Shown here: positions 27,409-37,487 of the stretch, one piece after another | How positions within the stretch are numbered: position 1 is the first letter of the stretch | How the letters are laid out: each line of letters starts with the position of its first letter | DNA from: Alphaproteobacteria bacterium | GTDB taxonomy: Bacteria; Pseudomonadota; Alphaproteobacteria; JBFXJJ01 | Direction of reading: 5' to 3' | NCBI GenBank assembly: GCA_050175015.1 | Contig: JBFXJJ010000001.1 | Coordinates: forward strand, 128,001-192,000 | DNA: 64,000 bases | Made by a program: the position numbers and the translations under genes | Notes under the pieces: model-generated | Seen by the model: the letters and a program-made list of their open reading frames with translations, nothing else | What the model was told of the DNA's origin: nothing | The model's database searches: none

Positions 27409-29235
27409 CGCTCGAGCATAATAACGGAAAACATCAATTTCAGAAACATACCCAACAACGCTGTAATCTTTAAGGTTAGCTATAACTGGCAAAATTTCTG
27501 TTTTACCTTCTTCAAAAAGTTTAATCGCTCTAGAAACCGAACTGTTATTTGTTAAAACAACTTTTTCTAACGATACCAATCCTAAACTAGAAATAGATTC
27601 GCTTAAAGAATTATCTAAATCAGGTGATTTTGCCATAACGACATCGACCAAACCTTCATAAAGCCCATTATCATCAACGGCTATTACTAAAATTTTGGCT
27701 CTATGTTCTATCATTTTTCTTAGATTTGCTAGCGTTTCATTGATATTGATTGTTTTCATATCATTACGAACAATCGGCTTCACTTTAATTTCATTGAGCC
27801 AGCCAATATCTCTGGCATCTTTAATCATTTTGCCTTTCAAATGGAATTTCCAAGTTGAAAAACTATAACCAAAGTTGGTTCGAACCAACAAAAATGAAGT
27901 GATAGCACCAGACATAACGCCAAGAGCGGCTTTATAATCCCCCGTAAGCTCCAAAACCAGCATAACCATTGTCATTGGAGTACCAATAACACCTGCGCCA
28001 AAAGAACCCATACCAACCAGAACAAATGTCAACATCTGCCCTTCCGTAATGCTGGTAAACTGTCCTACCGCATAGCCTATAATTGAGCCATAAAGACTGC
28101 CGATAAAAATCGATGAACTAAAAAGACCGCCTAAAAATCCTGACCCTAAAGAAACCGATGATGCCACCAGCTTAACAACAAACATAAGAAGCAAAGTATA
28201 AATCGGCCAACTTATATCAAGATTATATTGAATAGCTCTTTGTCCGCTTCCAAGAACCTGCGGCGCAGTCAGTGCCATAAGTCCTAGAGCAAACCCGCCT
28301 ATTGCAGGTTTAAGCCAGTCTGGGGTTGAAACTTTTTTAAATCCCTGTTCGGTCCAAGTTACAATTTTCATTGTAAATATACTAAAATAACCAGCAAAGA
28401 CTCCCATTATAATAAAGACCAAATACTGCCAGGGCTCTATCAGTAAGTCGGTTGTAAGCATAAATATCGGATTAGAGCTTTTAACCAAACGGGTAAACAA
28501 TGCCCCCGAAAAAGCTGCTGCCGATACTGGCGCTAATGCTGAAACCGTATAGCTGCCAAGCATCATTTCAAAAGCATAAAAGGTTCCTGCAAGCGGAGCA
28601 TTGTAAACCGTGGCAATCGCTGCGGCGGCCCCTGCCCCAACAAAGATTCTTAAATCTTCCCTTCTTAAGTGAAACCACTTGCCGATATTAGAAAAAATTC
28701 CTGCACATATCTGCGTATATCCTGCCTCCATACCGACAGATGCACCTGATATGTTAGAAATAATGGTTGTTGTTGTCAGTCTTATACTATCAATTAGATT
28801 AAGCTTGCCTCCCAGTAAGGCATTAGCTTCAACAGGATCGACAATATCATTAGGACGCCATTTTTTAATCAGCCTTTTGATAAGACCTAAACACAGCCCC
28901 CCAATACAAGGTATAATTAAAATACGGCTGCTAGGAATAAAACTAGCGGCACTTAAATATTCATTAGAATTGATTAAAAACAAAATGTGATGGCACCAGC
29001 GAATGCCTCTATTTATAAATAGGACTAAAATACTTAGGAAAATTGCAATAATAACGCACAGCAAAACCAATATAATGGTGCTGTTACGAACATTTCTCTG
29101 TGCTAATTTGATGCGGACAACTGCGTGTTTTTTTAATCTTCTGAAAAAAAGTTGCAGCTTTTTTTTAAGCAAGTTTAATCTTTTTTTATAAAAATCGCTT
29201 ACTTCCGTTTTACATATTTTTAGTTTTTCAAGCAT
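27385..29235 (-). CDS. ClC-family chloride channel/transporter with CBS pair
   Basis: GASVGMEAG, YNAPLAG, GFLGGLF, ELTGDY; C-terminal CBS-like region. Confidence 0.9.
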   Translation of the reverse strand: MLEKLKICKTEVSDFYKKRLNLLKKKLQLFFRRLKKHAVVRIKLAQRNVRNSTIILVLLCVIIAIFLSILVLFINRGIRWCHHILFLINSNEYLSAASFIPSSRILIIPCIGGLCLGLIKRLIKKWRPNDIVDPVEANALLGGKLNLIDSIRLTTTTIISNISGASVGMEAGYTQICAGIFSNIGKWFHLRREDLRIFVGAGAAAAIATVYNAPLAGTFYAFEMMLGSYTVSALAPVSAAAFSGALFTRLVKSSNPIFMLTTDLLIEPWQYLVFIIMGVFAGYFSIFTMKIVTWTEQGFKKVSTPDWLKPAIGGFALGLMALTAPQVLGSGQRAIQYNLDISWPIYTLLLMFVVKLVASSVSLGSGFLGGLFSSSIFIGSLYGSIIGYAVGQFTSITEGQMLTFVLVGMGSFGAGVIGTPMTMVMLVLELTGDYKAALGVMSGAITSFLLVRTNFGYSFSTWKFHLKGKMIKDARDIGWLNEIKVKPIVRNDMKTININETLANLRKMIEHRAKILVIAVDDNGLYEGLVDVVMAKSPDLDNSLSESISSLGLVSLEKVVLTNNSSVSRAIKLFEEGKTEILPVIANLKDYSVVGYVSEIDVFRYYARALEKKRDN

Positions 29236-29362
29236 AAGCTAAGATATTAGTTTTGGAGTCATTTCGGAAACTAAAAAATTATTAGATTTTATAACACTTT
29301 GCAAGTTTTTAATTATTTTAAGACTGTTCTTTATGCTTTTATATTTGCTTTTTAAAAATCAT

Positions 29363-29390
29363 ATCGTTATATTTTTATGGATATTACGAT
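29363..29390 (+). promoter_or_regulatory. ModE operator upstream of modA
   Basis: ATCGTTATAT-N8-ATATTACGAT matches the ModE consensus ATCGNTATAT-N8-ATATANCGAT; a modE gene lies in the same cluster. Confidence 0.85.
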
Positions 29391-29410
29391 ATGAAAGGGA
29401 TTTAAAAACT

Positions 29411-30208
29411 ATGTTTAAACTAAAAACTTTAACGACATTTTTTGCTGTTGTTCTGCTCTCAGGTTTGGTAACAACCGCATCATTTGCTGAAGATTCTAAT
29501 ACAGTAAATGTTGTTTCTGCATCAAGTCTGCAATTTGCACTTAAAGATATTGCAACCAATTTTGAAGCCGAAACAGGAAAAAAAGTAGCTCTTACTTTCA
29601 GCGCTTCAGGCAATGCCTACCGCCAAATATTACAAGGCGCTCCATTTGAAATTTTTCTTTCTGCCAATGAAGATTTTGTGCTTGATTTAACTAAGGCAGA
29701 AAAAACAGAAGGTGACAGCCTTTTATATGCAGTTGGACGTTTGGTCTTATTTGCATCTGAAAATTCACCTGTAAAAGTCGATGCCGAACTAAAAGATGTT
29801 AAAGCTGCTCTTCAAGATGGCAGGATTAAACACTTTGCGATTGCTAATCCTGAACACGCACCTTATGGTGTAGCCGCTAGAGAAGCCTTAAAAAATCAAG
29901 GACTTTGGGATAGTATGTCTGATAAAATTGTAATGGGTGAAAACGTTTCACAAACTGCACAATTTATATCAACAGGTTCTGCTGAAGCTGGATTAATTCC
30001 TTATTCTTTGGTTTTAAGCCCAAAATCTGCTAATCTTGGAAAATATGTACTTCTACCAGAAGCATGGCATAATCCTATTAACCAAAGAATGGCTTTGCTT
30101 AAAGGTGCTGGCGATACGGCAAAAGTTTTTTATGATTATTTGCAGTCTCCTAAATCACAAGAAGTATTTGCGAAATATGGCTTTGTAATGCCAGAAAAAA
30201 AGGATTAA
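29411..30208 (+). CDS. modA: Molybdate ABC transporter substrate-binding protein
   Basis: Signal peptide from ATG 29411, SASSL, IANPEHAPYG, GENVSQ. Confidence 0.95.
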   Translation: MFKLKTLTTFFAVVLLSGLVTTASFAEDSNTVNVVSASSLQFALKDIATNFEAETGKKVALTFSASGNAYRQILQGAPFEIFLSANEDFVLDLTKAEKTEGDSLLYAVGRLVLFASENSPVKVDAELKDVKAALQDGRIKHFAIANPEHAPYGVAAREALKNQGLWDSMSDKIVMGENVSQTAQFISTGSAEAGLIPYSLVLSPKSANLGKYVLLPEAWHNPINQRMALLKGAGDTAKVFYDYLQSPKSQEVFAKYGFVMPEKKD

Positions 30209-30217
30209 TTTATTAAA

Positions 30218-30886
30218 ATGGATTGGGAAGCCCTTCTTTTATCTTTAAGATTAAGCTGTTTAACAGTCTCCTTCCTCCTGCCTATCGGCATTTTAATTGG
30301 CTGGTTTTTAGCTTATAAAAATTTTAAAGGTAAGGCTTTATTTGAAGGGCTTTTCACAATACCTCTAATTCTGCCGCCTACGGTTATTGGTTATTATCTT
30401 TTGATTAATTTTGGCGGCAATTCTTTTTTAGGTGCTTTCTTACAAAAAACCTTTCATATAAGCCTTGTTTTTACTTTTGAAGGTCTTTTGTTTGCTTCCA
30501 TAATTATAAATTTACCTTATGTAATCTTGCCAATTAAAAACGCTTTTAAAGCCATACACCCAGAAATAAGGCAAGCCGCCGCTGTTTCTGGAATGTCCCC
30601 TTGGGTTATTTTGAAAAAAATAGAAATTCCTTTAGCTTGGCCTGGCATTGTAACGGGACTTGTTATTTCTTTTGCTCATACTTTGGGTGAATTTGGAGTA
30701 GTTTTAATGGTTGGCGGCGCTATGGCTGGACGCACAAAAACCATTTCAATCGCTATTTATGATAGGATTCAGGCTTTTGATACCAAAGCCGCAGGATTAA
30801 TGGCAGCCCTACTTTTGATAATTTCTTTATCATCTATCGGTTTGACTTTTTTCTTATCACGCAAATTGGATAAACTTCATGGCTAA
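30218..30886 (+). CDS. modB: Molybdate ABC transporter permease
   Basis: LPPTVIGYYLL, FAHTLGEFG. Confidence 0.95.
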   Translation: MDWEALLLSLRLSCLTVSFLLPIGILIGWFLAYKNFKGKALFEGLFTIPLILPPTVIGYYLLINFGGNSFLGAFLQKTFHISLVFTFEGLLFASIIINLPYVILPIKNAFKAIHPEIRQAAAVSGMSPWVILKKIEIPLAWPGIVTGLVISFAHTLGEFGVVLMVGGAMAGRTKTISIAIYDRIQAFDTKAAGLMAALLLIISLSSIGLTFFLSRKLDKLHG

Positions 30887-31976
30887 TACTCTAAAATTAA
30901 AAGTTTATCAAAAAAAACCGATTGCCCTTAATGCCGAGCTTAGCTGTAAATCTGGAGAGTTATTGGCGCTTGTTGGTCCTTCTGGCAGCGGAAAAACAAC
31001 CTTACTTCGAACTATTGCGGGACTTTATACTCCCAAAGAAGCCCAAATCCATTGTGGCAATGACATCTGGCTTGATACTTCTAAAAAAATCAATTTTCCT
31101 ACGCATTTACGTTCTGTAGGTATGGTCTTTCAAAGTTATGCCTTGTTTCCTCATATGAATGTTTTAGAAAACATTACGGCGGCAATGCGTCATCTTCCTA
31201 AATCGGAATGGCATAATAAAGTTTTAAAGCTCCTTGATATGCTTCATCTAAGTGGATTAGAAGAAAGACGTCCCAGCCAATTATCTGGCGGACAAAAACA
31301 ACGTGTTGGCATTGCCCGAGCGCTGGCAAGAGATCCTAAAATACTGCTTTTTGATGAACCCTTTTCAGCAATCGATAAGGCCTCTCGTCATGGACTTTAT
31401 CAAGAGATAATGAACCTCCACGAAAATTTATCTATCCCTATAATTATGGTAACTCACGACTTTGATGAAGCTTCTATGCTAGGCGATAAAATGTCTTTTA
31501 TTCACGAAGGCAATATTATTCAAACCGATACTCCTTATAATGTTTTTACTCGTCCTGCCAACGTAGAAATGGCAAGACTCCTTAATATTAAGAATATTTT
31601 TGAAGGTGAGATTTTATATCATAAAGAAGATGCTACTTATATTAAATGGCATAATAACGTTTTAAAGGCAGCTTTTTATCCCCATTTTGAAGCGCAGGAA
31701 AAAATCTATTTTGCGATGCCTTCTACCGAAATTATTTTGCATCGAGACGATATTCCAGACGTCTTTGAAACTCCGCAAAATACTCTTAACGGAAAAGTGC
31801 TCCAGCTTATTAACTTAAGTGAGAGCATTATGGTTACCGTCGCTGTTAATGATAGCTGCGATACAGTTTCTATGACTGTTCCAGCTCATTTTGTAAAACG
31901 AACCAAGCTCCAGAAAGGTTCATCAATAAAAATATCATTACTCAGCGACGGTATTCATCTTATGAAAAAAGCTTAA
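30879..31976 (+). CDS. modC: Molybdate ABC transporter ATPase
   Basis: GPSGSGKT, LSGGQKQR, DEPF; operon position after modAB. Confidence 0.9.
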   Translation: MANTLKLKVYQKKPIALNAELSCKSGELLALVGPSGSGKTTLLRTIAGLYTPKEAQIHCGNDIWLDTSKKINFPTHLRSVGMVFQSYALFPHMNVLENITAAMRHLPKSEWHNKVLKLLDMLHLSGLEERRPSQLSGGQKQRVGIARALARDPKILLFDEPFSAIDKASRHGLYQEIMNLHENLSIPIIMVTHDFDEASMLGDKMSFIHEGNIIQTDTPYNVFTRPANVEMARLLNIKNIFEGEILYHKEDATYIKWHNNVLKAAFYPHFEAQEKIYFAMPSTEIILHRDDIPDVFETPQNTLNGKVLQLINLSESIMVTVAVNDSCDTVSMTVPAHFVKRTKLQKGSSIKISLLSDGIHLMKKA

Positions 31977-31998
31977 GACGCAGCCAAAAGACAAAATT

Positions 31999-32050
31999 AT
32001 TGCTGCGCATATTAAGGATTTTTTTTAAAAATCCTTAATAATCCTTAAAA
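31999..32050 (+). repeat. Palindromic dispersed repeat, copy 1
   Basis: ATTGCTGCGCATATTAAGGATTTTTTTTAAAAATCCTTAATAATCCTTAAAA; near reverse complement at 41467-41518. Confidence 0.8.
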
Positions 32051-32087
32051 TATTTTTATAATTAATGCTTTGTTGCACAAGCAAGAT

Positions 32088-33185
32088 TTATGCAGCTAAA
32101 TACTCTTGGACTGGAATAAATTCCTTATTTTGTACTTTCGCCGTTTCTTCTAAAATTAAATTGCCGTTATGACAAGTAAGTCCTTTTGCCAGCCATTCAT
32201 CTTGGCGGCAAGCCTTGATTGCACCATTAAGCGCAATACTTTCTACTTTAGAAAAAATAGCTTCTGCATATCCTCTAGAAGAAGCAACAGGGACTGCCCC
32301 TGGAATATTATCAACGCAAAAATGGCAGATGCCTTCTTCATAATAAGTCGGGTTTTCCCACGTTGTAGGAATACACGTTTCTACAGCCCCAGCCTTATCA
32401 CAGGAAATATCAACAATAACGCAAGATCTCTTTAATTTTTTTAAATCCCTGCGGTTTATAATGTGATCTTTGCGATGCTTATCCCATTTAACACAGTTGA
32501 TAATTACATCACAATCAAACAAATAATCGTGAAGTTTATCCATTCCAAGAGCTTTAAAGTCATATTTATGCCAAGTAAGATTAGCCTGTTTGCAAGGAAA
32601 AAACGATAAATTAAACCCCCGAACCGAACAGCCAAGATTTAACGTTGTTCTTAACGCACCTTGTCCTACAGCTCCTAATCCTATGACGACAACCCTAGTT
32701 GGTTTGGCTCCAAAATGTCTCATAAAATGTCTGCCGCAGCCGCCTCTATTAGCAAGTGTTAGCGCTATGCCTTCAAAGGCTCCAACTTCTCCCGCTAATG
32801 TGCAGTTTGGGGAACCAAATTCGTGCGTTTCTTCAGCCGAAATTGCGGTAAGCTTTTTTTCAAGCAAAACTTCGGTTTGAACGGCATCAAGTGCAGAATG
32901 AATATTAGTAAAAATAATATGTTCTTTTTTTAATAACGGAAATTCTGGTTCTAGAATTTCTTTAACCTTAACAATTAATTCAGAATTTTGATAAATATCA
33001 CCTAAATTATTTAAAATTTTAGCTCCAGCTTTATGATATTGCTCATCGGTCGCTTCTGCTAAAAAACCTGCCTTAGTTTCCACAAAAACTTCGTGCCCTT
33101 TTCGAACTAAACGCTTTATTTGTTCTGGTAAAAGAGCAACTCTTCCTTCTTGAGATTTAATTTCTCTAGGTATGCCTATTCTCAT
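32088..33185 (-). CDS. Alanine dehydrogenase/PNT-family NAD-dependent oxidoreductase (substrate uncertain)
   Basis: MRIGIPREIK..EGRVAL, VKVKE, GLGAVG, DISCD..G.VET, VDNIPGAVP. Confidence 0.8.
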   Translation of the reverse strand: MRIGIPREIKSQEGRVALLPEQIKRLVRKGHEVFVETKAGFLAEATDEQYHKAGAKILNNLGDIYQNSELIVKVKEILEPEFPLLKKEHIIFTNIHSALDAVQTEVLLEKKLTAISAEETHEFGSPNCTLAGEVGAFEGIALTLANRGGCGRHFMRHFGAKPTRVVVIGLGAVGQGALRTTLNLGCSVRGFNLSFFPCKQANLTWHKYDFKALGMDKLHDYLFDCDVIINCVKWDKHRKDHIINRRDLKKLKRSCVIVDISCDKAGAVETCIPTTWENPTYYEEGICHFCVDNIPGAVPVASSRGYAEAIFSKVESIALNGAIKACRQDEWLAKGLTCHNGNLILEETAKVQNKEFIPVQEYLAA

Positions 33186-33206
33186 TTTTCTCCCTTATTT
33201 GTTTGT

Positions 33207-34211
33207 TTAACTCCTTATAACAGCGTGGTGTTTAATAATATCACCAATAATAGCTATAGCTATTTCATTAGCCGTTGCAGCCTTTATATCCAAGCCTATC
33301 GGAGCTTTTAATTTAATAATACTTTCAGGACTAAGATTGTCCCTATTCATAAGGTCTTCTCTTCGTGGCAAATGCTTACGACTGCCAAGAACACCAACAT
33401 AAAATGCTTTAGATGGTAAAGCATATTTAAGAATATCATGATCGGCTTCTAAATCATGCGTCAAAGAAACAACGGCTGTCATTTCATCTAGTTTGAATTC
33501 ATCAAAAAGTTCAGCTCCAGATGTCTTACGATAAAAATCAACGCCTAAAACAGAAGGAAGCTCTGAGCCGTGCTCTCGATTGAAAATGATTTCCCAACCC
33601 ATTTTGCGTGCGATTAAAAGCACTGCCATTGTAACAGGATTGGAACCATTAACAACCAATCTTAACCTAGGATTGTATTTTTTCCAATAGTAATTATTTT
33701 TGGAGCCTGTATCACGCAGTTTAATTACCTCTCTTAGTTCTTCAGGAATCCTTTTATCACCAAATGATGTAATACAAAGATGTCGGTTTTCAACAATATC
33801 ACTAATCCAAAAGCTAGGTTTTCTTTGCTTTTCATATTCCAAAAGATTTAAAAGCGCTTCTTCTTCAGGATTAATTACATCAATCGCAACTTCAATTTTC
33901 TTGCCGCACAAAAGGCGAATATCAATATAAGGGCTGCCGTATCCAAAGGTAACCTTAGAACTTTTATTATTTTTGATGGCATCTATTCCCATTTCACAAA
34001 GATTGCTTTCAATGCAGCCTCCCGACACATAGCCAAAGACATCTCGGTCTTCAGAGATTAGCATCTGGCTTCCTGTGCCTCTAGGAGCAGAACCTTCTGC
34101 TTCAACTAAGGTTGCAATAACAAACTTTTTACCTTTTTTTATTAAGCCTCTAAGCTCCGAACGAATATCATCACATAGGGCAAACAACGGCCAGTCAAAC
34201 GCATTGCTCAT
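33207..34211 (-). CDS. Second XdhC-family protein
   Basis: GSAPRG.GSQM, VSGGCIE, LLCG, YVGVLGSR, APIGLDI. Confidence 0.88.
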   Translation of the reverse strand: MSNAFDWPLFALCDDIRSELRGLIKKGKKFVIATLVEAEGSAPRGTGSQMLISEDRDVFGYVSGGCIESNLCEMGIDAIKNNKSSKVTFGYGSPYIDIRLLCGKKIEVAIDVINPEEEALLNLLEYEKQRKPSFWISDIVENRHLCITSFGDKRIPEELREVIKLRDTGSKNNYYWKKYNPRLRLVVNGSNPVTMAVLLIARKMGWEIIFNREHGSELPSVLGVDFYRKTSGAELFDEFKLDEMTAVVSLTHDLEADHDILKYALPSKAFYVGVLGSRKHLPRREDLMNRDNLSPESIIKLKAPIGLDIKAATANEIAIAIIGDIIKHHAVIRS

Positions 34212-34495
34212 AAGTCTTTCTCTGTCATTTTTTGATAGTTTAAAGATTTTCTTTTACTATTTGGCTGTGTTTCTTCTGTAACCTGCCAAACGCTTTCATA
34301 AAGCTTTTCATCTAAATCAAACTGCTCAGTATCTTTGGATTGTAGTTTGATACAAACACCGCACGCACTGGATATTTCACGTGGAACAGGAATGAATTCC
34401 ACCTTGATTTGTTTCTGTTTTAGCTCTTTTTCAGCTTTTAATGCTAAATAATTACTCTCAAACGTTATGATTAGGTATTGATTATCATTAAGCAA
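34208..34495 (-). CDS. DUF3343 family protein
   Basis: ITFES..LALKAEK, IPVPREISSACG. Confidence 0.8.
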   Translation of the reverse strand: MLNDNQYLIITFESNYLALKAEKELKQKQIKVEFIPVPREISSACGVCIKLQSKDTEQFDLDEKLYESVWQVTEETQPNSKRKSLNYQKMTEKDL

Positions 34496-35525
34496 TAGTT
34501 ATAACCCCTGCATCTCTAGTTGTTTCACCTATTATTCGGGCATAAATGTTCTGCCCTGCCATTTCTGCAATAATTTTTTCGGCATCTTCTTCTTTTACCG
34601 CCGCCAGCAATCCGCCTGAGGTCTGAGGATCAAACAAAATATCCCTAATTACAGGATCCATTTTATCTAAATCTTTAACAGCGTGTCCTCTTCCTTGACG
34701 ATTGCGAAAAGTACCTTCTGGCACCAATCCCATTGAGGAATATTCCAAAACATCTGGCAACAAAGGCACAGCATCAGCTTTAACTTTTATGCCGCAAGCC
34801 GCATCTGTTACCATCTCCGCCATATGACCTAAAAGACCAAAACCAGTAACATCGGTGCAGGCTTTAGTTTGATATTTTTGCAATATTTCGCAAGCAGTTT
34901 TGTTTAACGTCGTCATAGATTTCTGAGAAGCAGCCAAGGCTTCATCAGAAACACAATCACCTCTAAACGCCATATTAATTAAACCTGTACCAATCGATTT
35001 AGTTAAAATAATTTTGCAATTATCTTTCAAGCCATTATTACGCCAGAATTTATCAGTTGCGGTTTCGCCTGTTACCGCATAACCTAATTTAGGTTCAGAA
35101 TCTTCAATGCTGTGTCCGCCTACCAACGCACAGCCAGCCTCAGTCAATGCCGATAAGCCTCCGTCCATCATAGCTCTTAATGTTTCAAGCCCCAGTTCTT
35201 TTACAGGATAACATACCAGCGCCAATGCCGTAATAGGTCTCCCGCCCATTGCATAAACATCAGACAAAGCATTTGCCGCCGCAATTCTTCCAAACATAAA
35301 GGGATCGTCCACAATCGGAGGAAAGAAATCAACTGTTTGAACTAAAAGTTTTTCAGGCGTTATGGCATAAAGCCCTGCATCTTCACAGCCATCATAATTG
35401 GCGACAACATTAGGATAAATCGGCTGGCTAAGACCGCATAATGCTTTTTGTAAGACATTAGGTCCTAGTTTAGCGCCGCAGCCTGAAAATTTAGTGTGTT
35501 TTGTTAACGATACCTTATTTTCCAT
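34488..35525 (-). CDS. selD: Selenide, water dikinase (Cys form)
   Basis: SGCGAK, TVDFFPPIVDDP, ANALSDVYAMGG, TDVTGFGLLGH, DPQTSGGLL. Confidence 0.96.
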   Translation of the reverse strand: MENKVSLTKHTKFSGCGAKLGPNVLQKALCGLSQPIYPNVVANYDGCEDAGLYAITPEKLLVQTVDFFPPIVDDPFMFGRIAAANALSDVYAMGGRPITALALVCYPVKELGLETLRAMMDGGLSALTEAGCALVGGHSIEDSEPKLGYAVTGETATDKFWRNNGLKDNCKIILTKSIGTGLINMAFRGDCVSDEALAASQKSMTTLNKTACEILQKYQTKACTDVTGFGLLGHMAEMVTDAACGIKVKADAVPLLPDVLEYSSMGLVPEGTFRNRQGRGHAVKDLDKMDPVIRDILFDPQTSGGLLAAVKEEDAEKIIAEMAGQNIYARIIGETTRDAGVITIA

Positions 35526-35527
35526 TT

Positions 35528-36664
35528 CTAAATAATATCCTTTAAAATTTTTATAGTTTCATCTATTTCCGCATTCGTTGTAAAAAGACTTGGAGAAAAA
35601 CGAACTGTTCCCCCTTCATCAAAGGTTCCGATCGATTTATGTGCTAAAGGAGAACAATGCAAGCCCTGCCGAACCGCAATATTCCTAGCATCAAGCTCTC
35701 TTGCCAAAGAACTTGAAGGCATATCATCGACTGAGATGCTGACAACGGGCATTCTTTTTTTATGCAAATCAAGATTATAAATTTTAATTTTGGGTATTGT
35801 TTTTAAACCATCAATTAAATAACTCGTAATTATCTGTTCTTCATCTTCTATAACGGAAAGGCTTTTTTCTTTGATGAATTCTGCCGCCGACAAAAGACCT
35901 TTAAGCCCAACAATATTAGGCGTTCCTGCCTCATATTTATCTGGCATAAAATCAGGGTGATATTCTTTATCCGACAAACTTCCCGTTCCACCAAAAACAA
36001 GCGGATCTGGATTAAAATCAGACTTCAAGCACAAAGCCCCGATACCCGTTGGAGCTAGCAAGCCTTTATGACCTGAGAACGCTAAAAAATCTGCACCACT
36101 GGCATCAAAATCGAAAGCAGCGTGTCCAATAAACTGGCTGCCGTCTAACCCAACTTTTATGCCTTGCTTTTTGGCTGCTGCAATAATATCTAAGAAAGGC
36201 AAAACTGCTCCTGTTACATTACTTGCCATCGTCATAACAATTAAACAAGGCTTTGCCGCCAAAACTTCTTTTAAACTGGAAACATCAGGATTACCATCAG
36301 CATCGCATTTGATAATCAAGATTTTAACGTTTCTTTTTTTCTCTAAATATCTTAACGGGCGAATAACCGAATTATGTTCCAGTGATGATACGGCAACCAC
36401 GCCTCCATCTGGTACAAAACCTAATATTGCCGTATTTAAAGCCATTGTTGCATTATAGGTAAAAACTATATTTTCAGAGTGTGATATTCCTAAAAGACTG
36501 CCAAGCATATCTCTTGTATTAAAAATTAATTCGCTGGATTTACAAGCTAAAATATGACTGGCTCTTCCTGAATTGCCATAAGGTTCAGATAAACAAGCAT
36601 AAACACTTGCCGCCACTTGAGGAGCTTTGGGAAAACTGGTAGCTGCATTATCTAAATAAATCAT
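35528..36664 (-). CDS. Cysteine desulfurase / selenocysteine lyase family (class V PLP)
   Basis: YLDNAATS, EHNSV, FSGHKGL, EAGTPN, RQGLHCSP. Confidence 0.92.
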   Translation of the reverse strand: MIYLDNAATSFPKAPQVAASVYACLSEPYGNSGRASHILACKSSELIFNTRDMLGSLLGISHSENIVFTYNATMALNTAILGFVPDGGVVAVSSLEHNSVIRPLRYLEKKRNVKILIIKCDADGNPDVSSLKEVLAAKPCLIVMTMASNVTGAVLPFLDIIAAAKKQGIKVGLDGSQFIGHAAFDFDASGADFLAFSGHKGLLAPTGIGALCLKSDFNPDPLVFGGTGSLSDKEYHPDFMPDKYEAGTPNIVGLKGLLSAAEFIKEKSLSVIEDEEQIITSYLIDGLKTIPKIKIYNLDLHKKRMPVVSISVDDMPSSSLARELDARNIAVRQGLHCSPLAHKSIGTFDEGGTVRFSPSLFTTNAEIDETIKILKDII

Positions 36665-37467
36665 TTAATCATTCCGCTGAAATATAAGACTGCTTCTAAA
36701 ACACCGCCGCCTATCGCTCTTGCTTTATCTGACACGGAAAAGCAATGTTCATATTTACACCTAGGATCAATATCTCCGATTTTCATACCTTTAGGAACGG
36801 TTAGACCTGCTCTGATTATACCTCTTAAAATTCCTTTGAATGGTGCTTTCATAACCGCTTTAGAATCACCCTCTATTTCAACAACTTCTTGCCCTTCTTC
36901 TACTAAATCACCAATTTTAGCCAGTGGCTTAACAACTCCTGCAATCGGTGAGTGCAAAACTCTTTCGGCTGATTTGCCGCCTATCAAACCAGGAACACCC
37001 GTGTTGGGTTCGGCAGCACCTTCTAAAAGAACTCTGCCTAAGTTATGTCCTCTGTTAGTCTCAATAACAGCGTGCGCATCAATTCCAACAGTAAAACCAG
37101 GACCTAGAGCAATAACTATTTTAGCCATATTTTTACTTAAACCTAGGTTTTTCTTAGCAATAATAGCATCAACCAAAGCCAAAGGCTTTACTTCATTTAA
37201 AATCGCACAACCAGCATCAATTAATATTGGAACCATACCATCTTCCAACAAAATTAGAGCTTCTTGAACACTATCGGCTTTAACCGCCGTTATGCCTTCA
37301 ACCTCTACTTGCGGCTGATAGATTGCTTCTGAAAAGGCGACTGTCCTTCTTATCGTTGTGGGCTTTTCAATTTCAAGAGCAATTACTTTAAACCCTGAGC
37401 GCCTAAGTCTTACAATTACTCCTGTTGCTAAATCGCCTGCACCTCTGACAATAATTAAATTTTCCAA
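36661..37467 (-). CDS. yqeB: Selenium-dependent molybdenum hydroxylase system protein YqeB
   Basis: RGAGDLATG, IRRTVAFSEA, ALGPGF, ETNRGHNLG, KIGDIDPR, SDKARAIGGGVLEA; TTG start. Confidence 0.92.
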   Translation of the reverse strand: MENLIIVRGAGDLATGVIVRLRRSGFKVIALEIEKPTTIRRTVAFSEAIYQPQVEVEGITAVKADSVQEALILLEDGMVPILIDAGCAILNEVKPLALVDAIIAKKNLGLSKNMAKIVIALGPGFTVGIDAHAVIETNRGHNLGRVLLEGAAEPNTGVPGLIGGKSAERVLHSPIAGVVKPLAKIGDLVEEGQEVVEIEGDSKAVMKAPFKGILRGIIRAGLTVPKGMKIGDIDPRCKYEHCFSVSDKARAIGGGVLEAVLYFSGMIK

Positions 37468-37487
37468 AATTTTCTCCGTAATATTTT

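Noticed and set aside
29236-29340. Fluoride riboswitch upstream of the ClC gene
   Set aside because: No GGCGATGG...TCGCC-type core, and the protein lacks the GNNLI/GREGT motifs of fluoride-specific ClCs.
29333-29410. Longer modA start from the ORF track
   Set aside because: It would run through the ModE operator; the signal peptide begins at ATG 29411.
34488-35525. Selenocysteine (UGA) recoding in selD or its neighbours
   Set aside because: selD has TGC (Cys) in GCGAK, the adjacent ORFs are full length, and no tRNA-Sec was seen.
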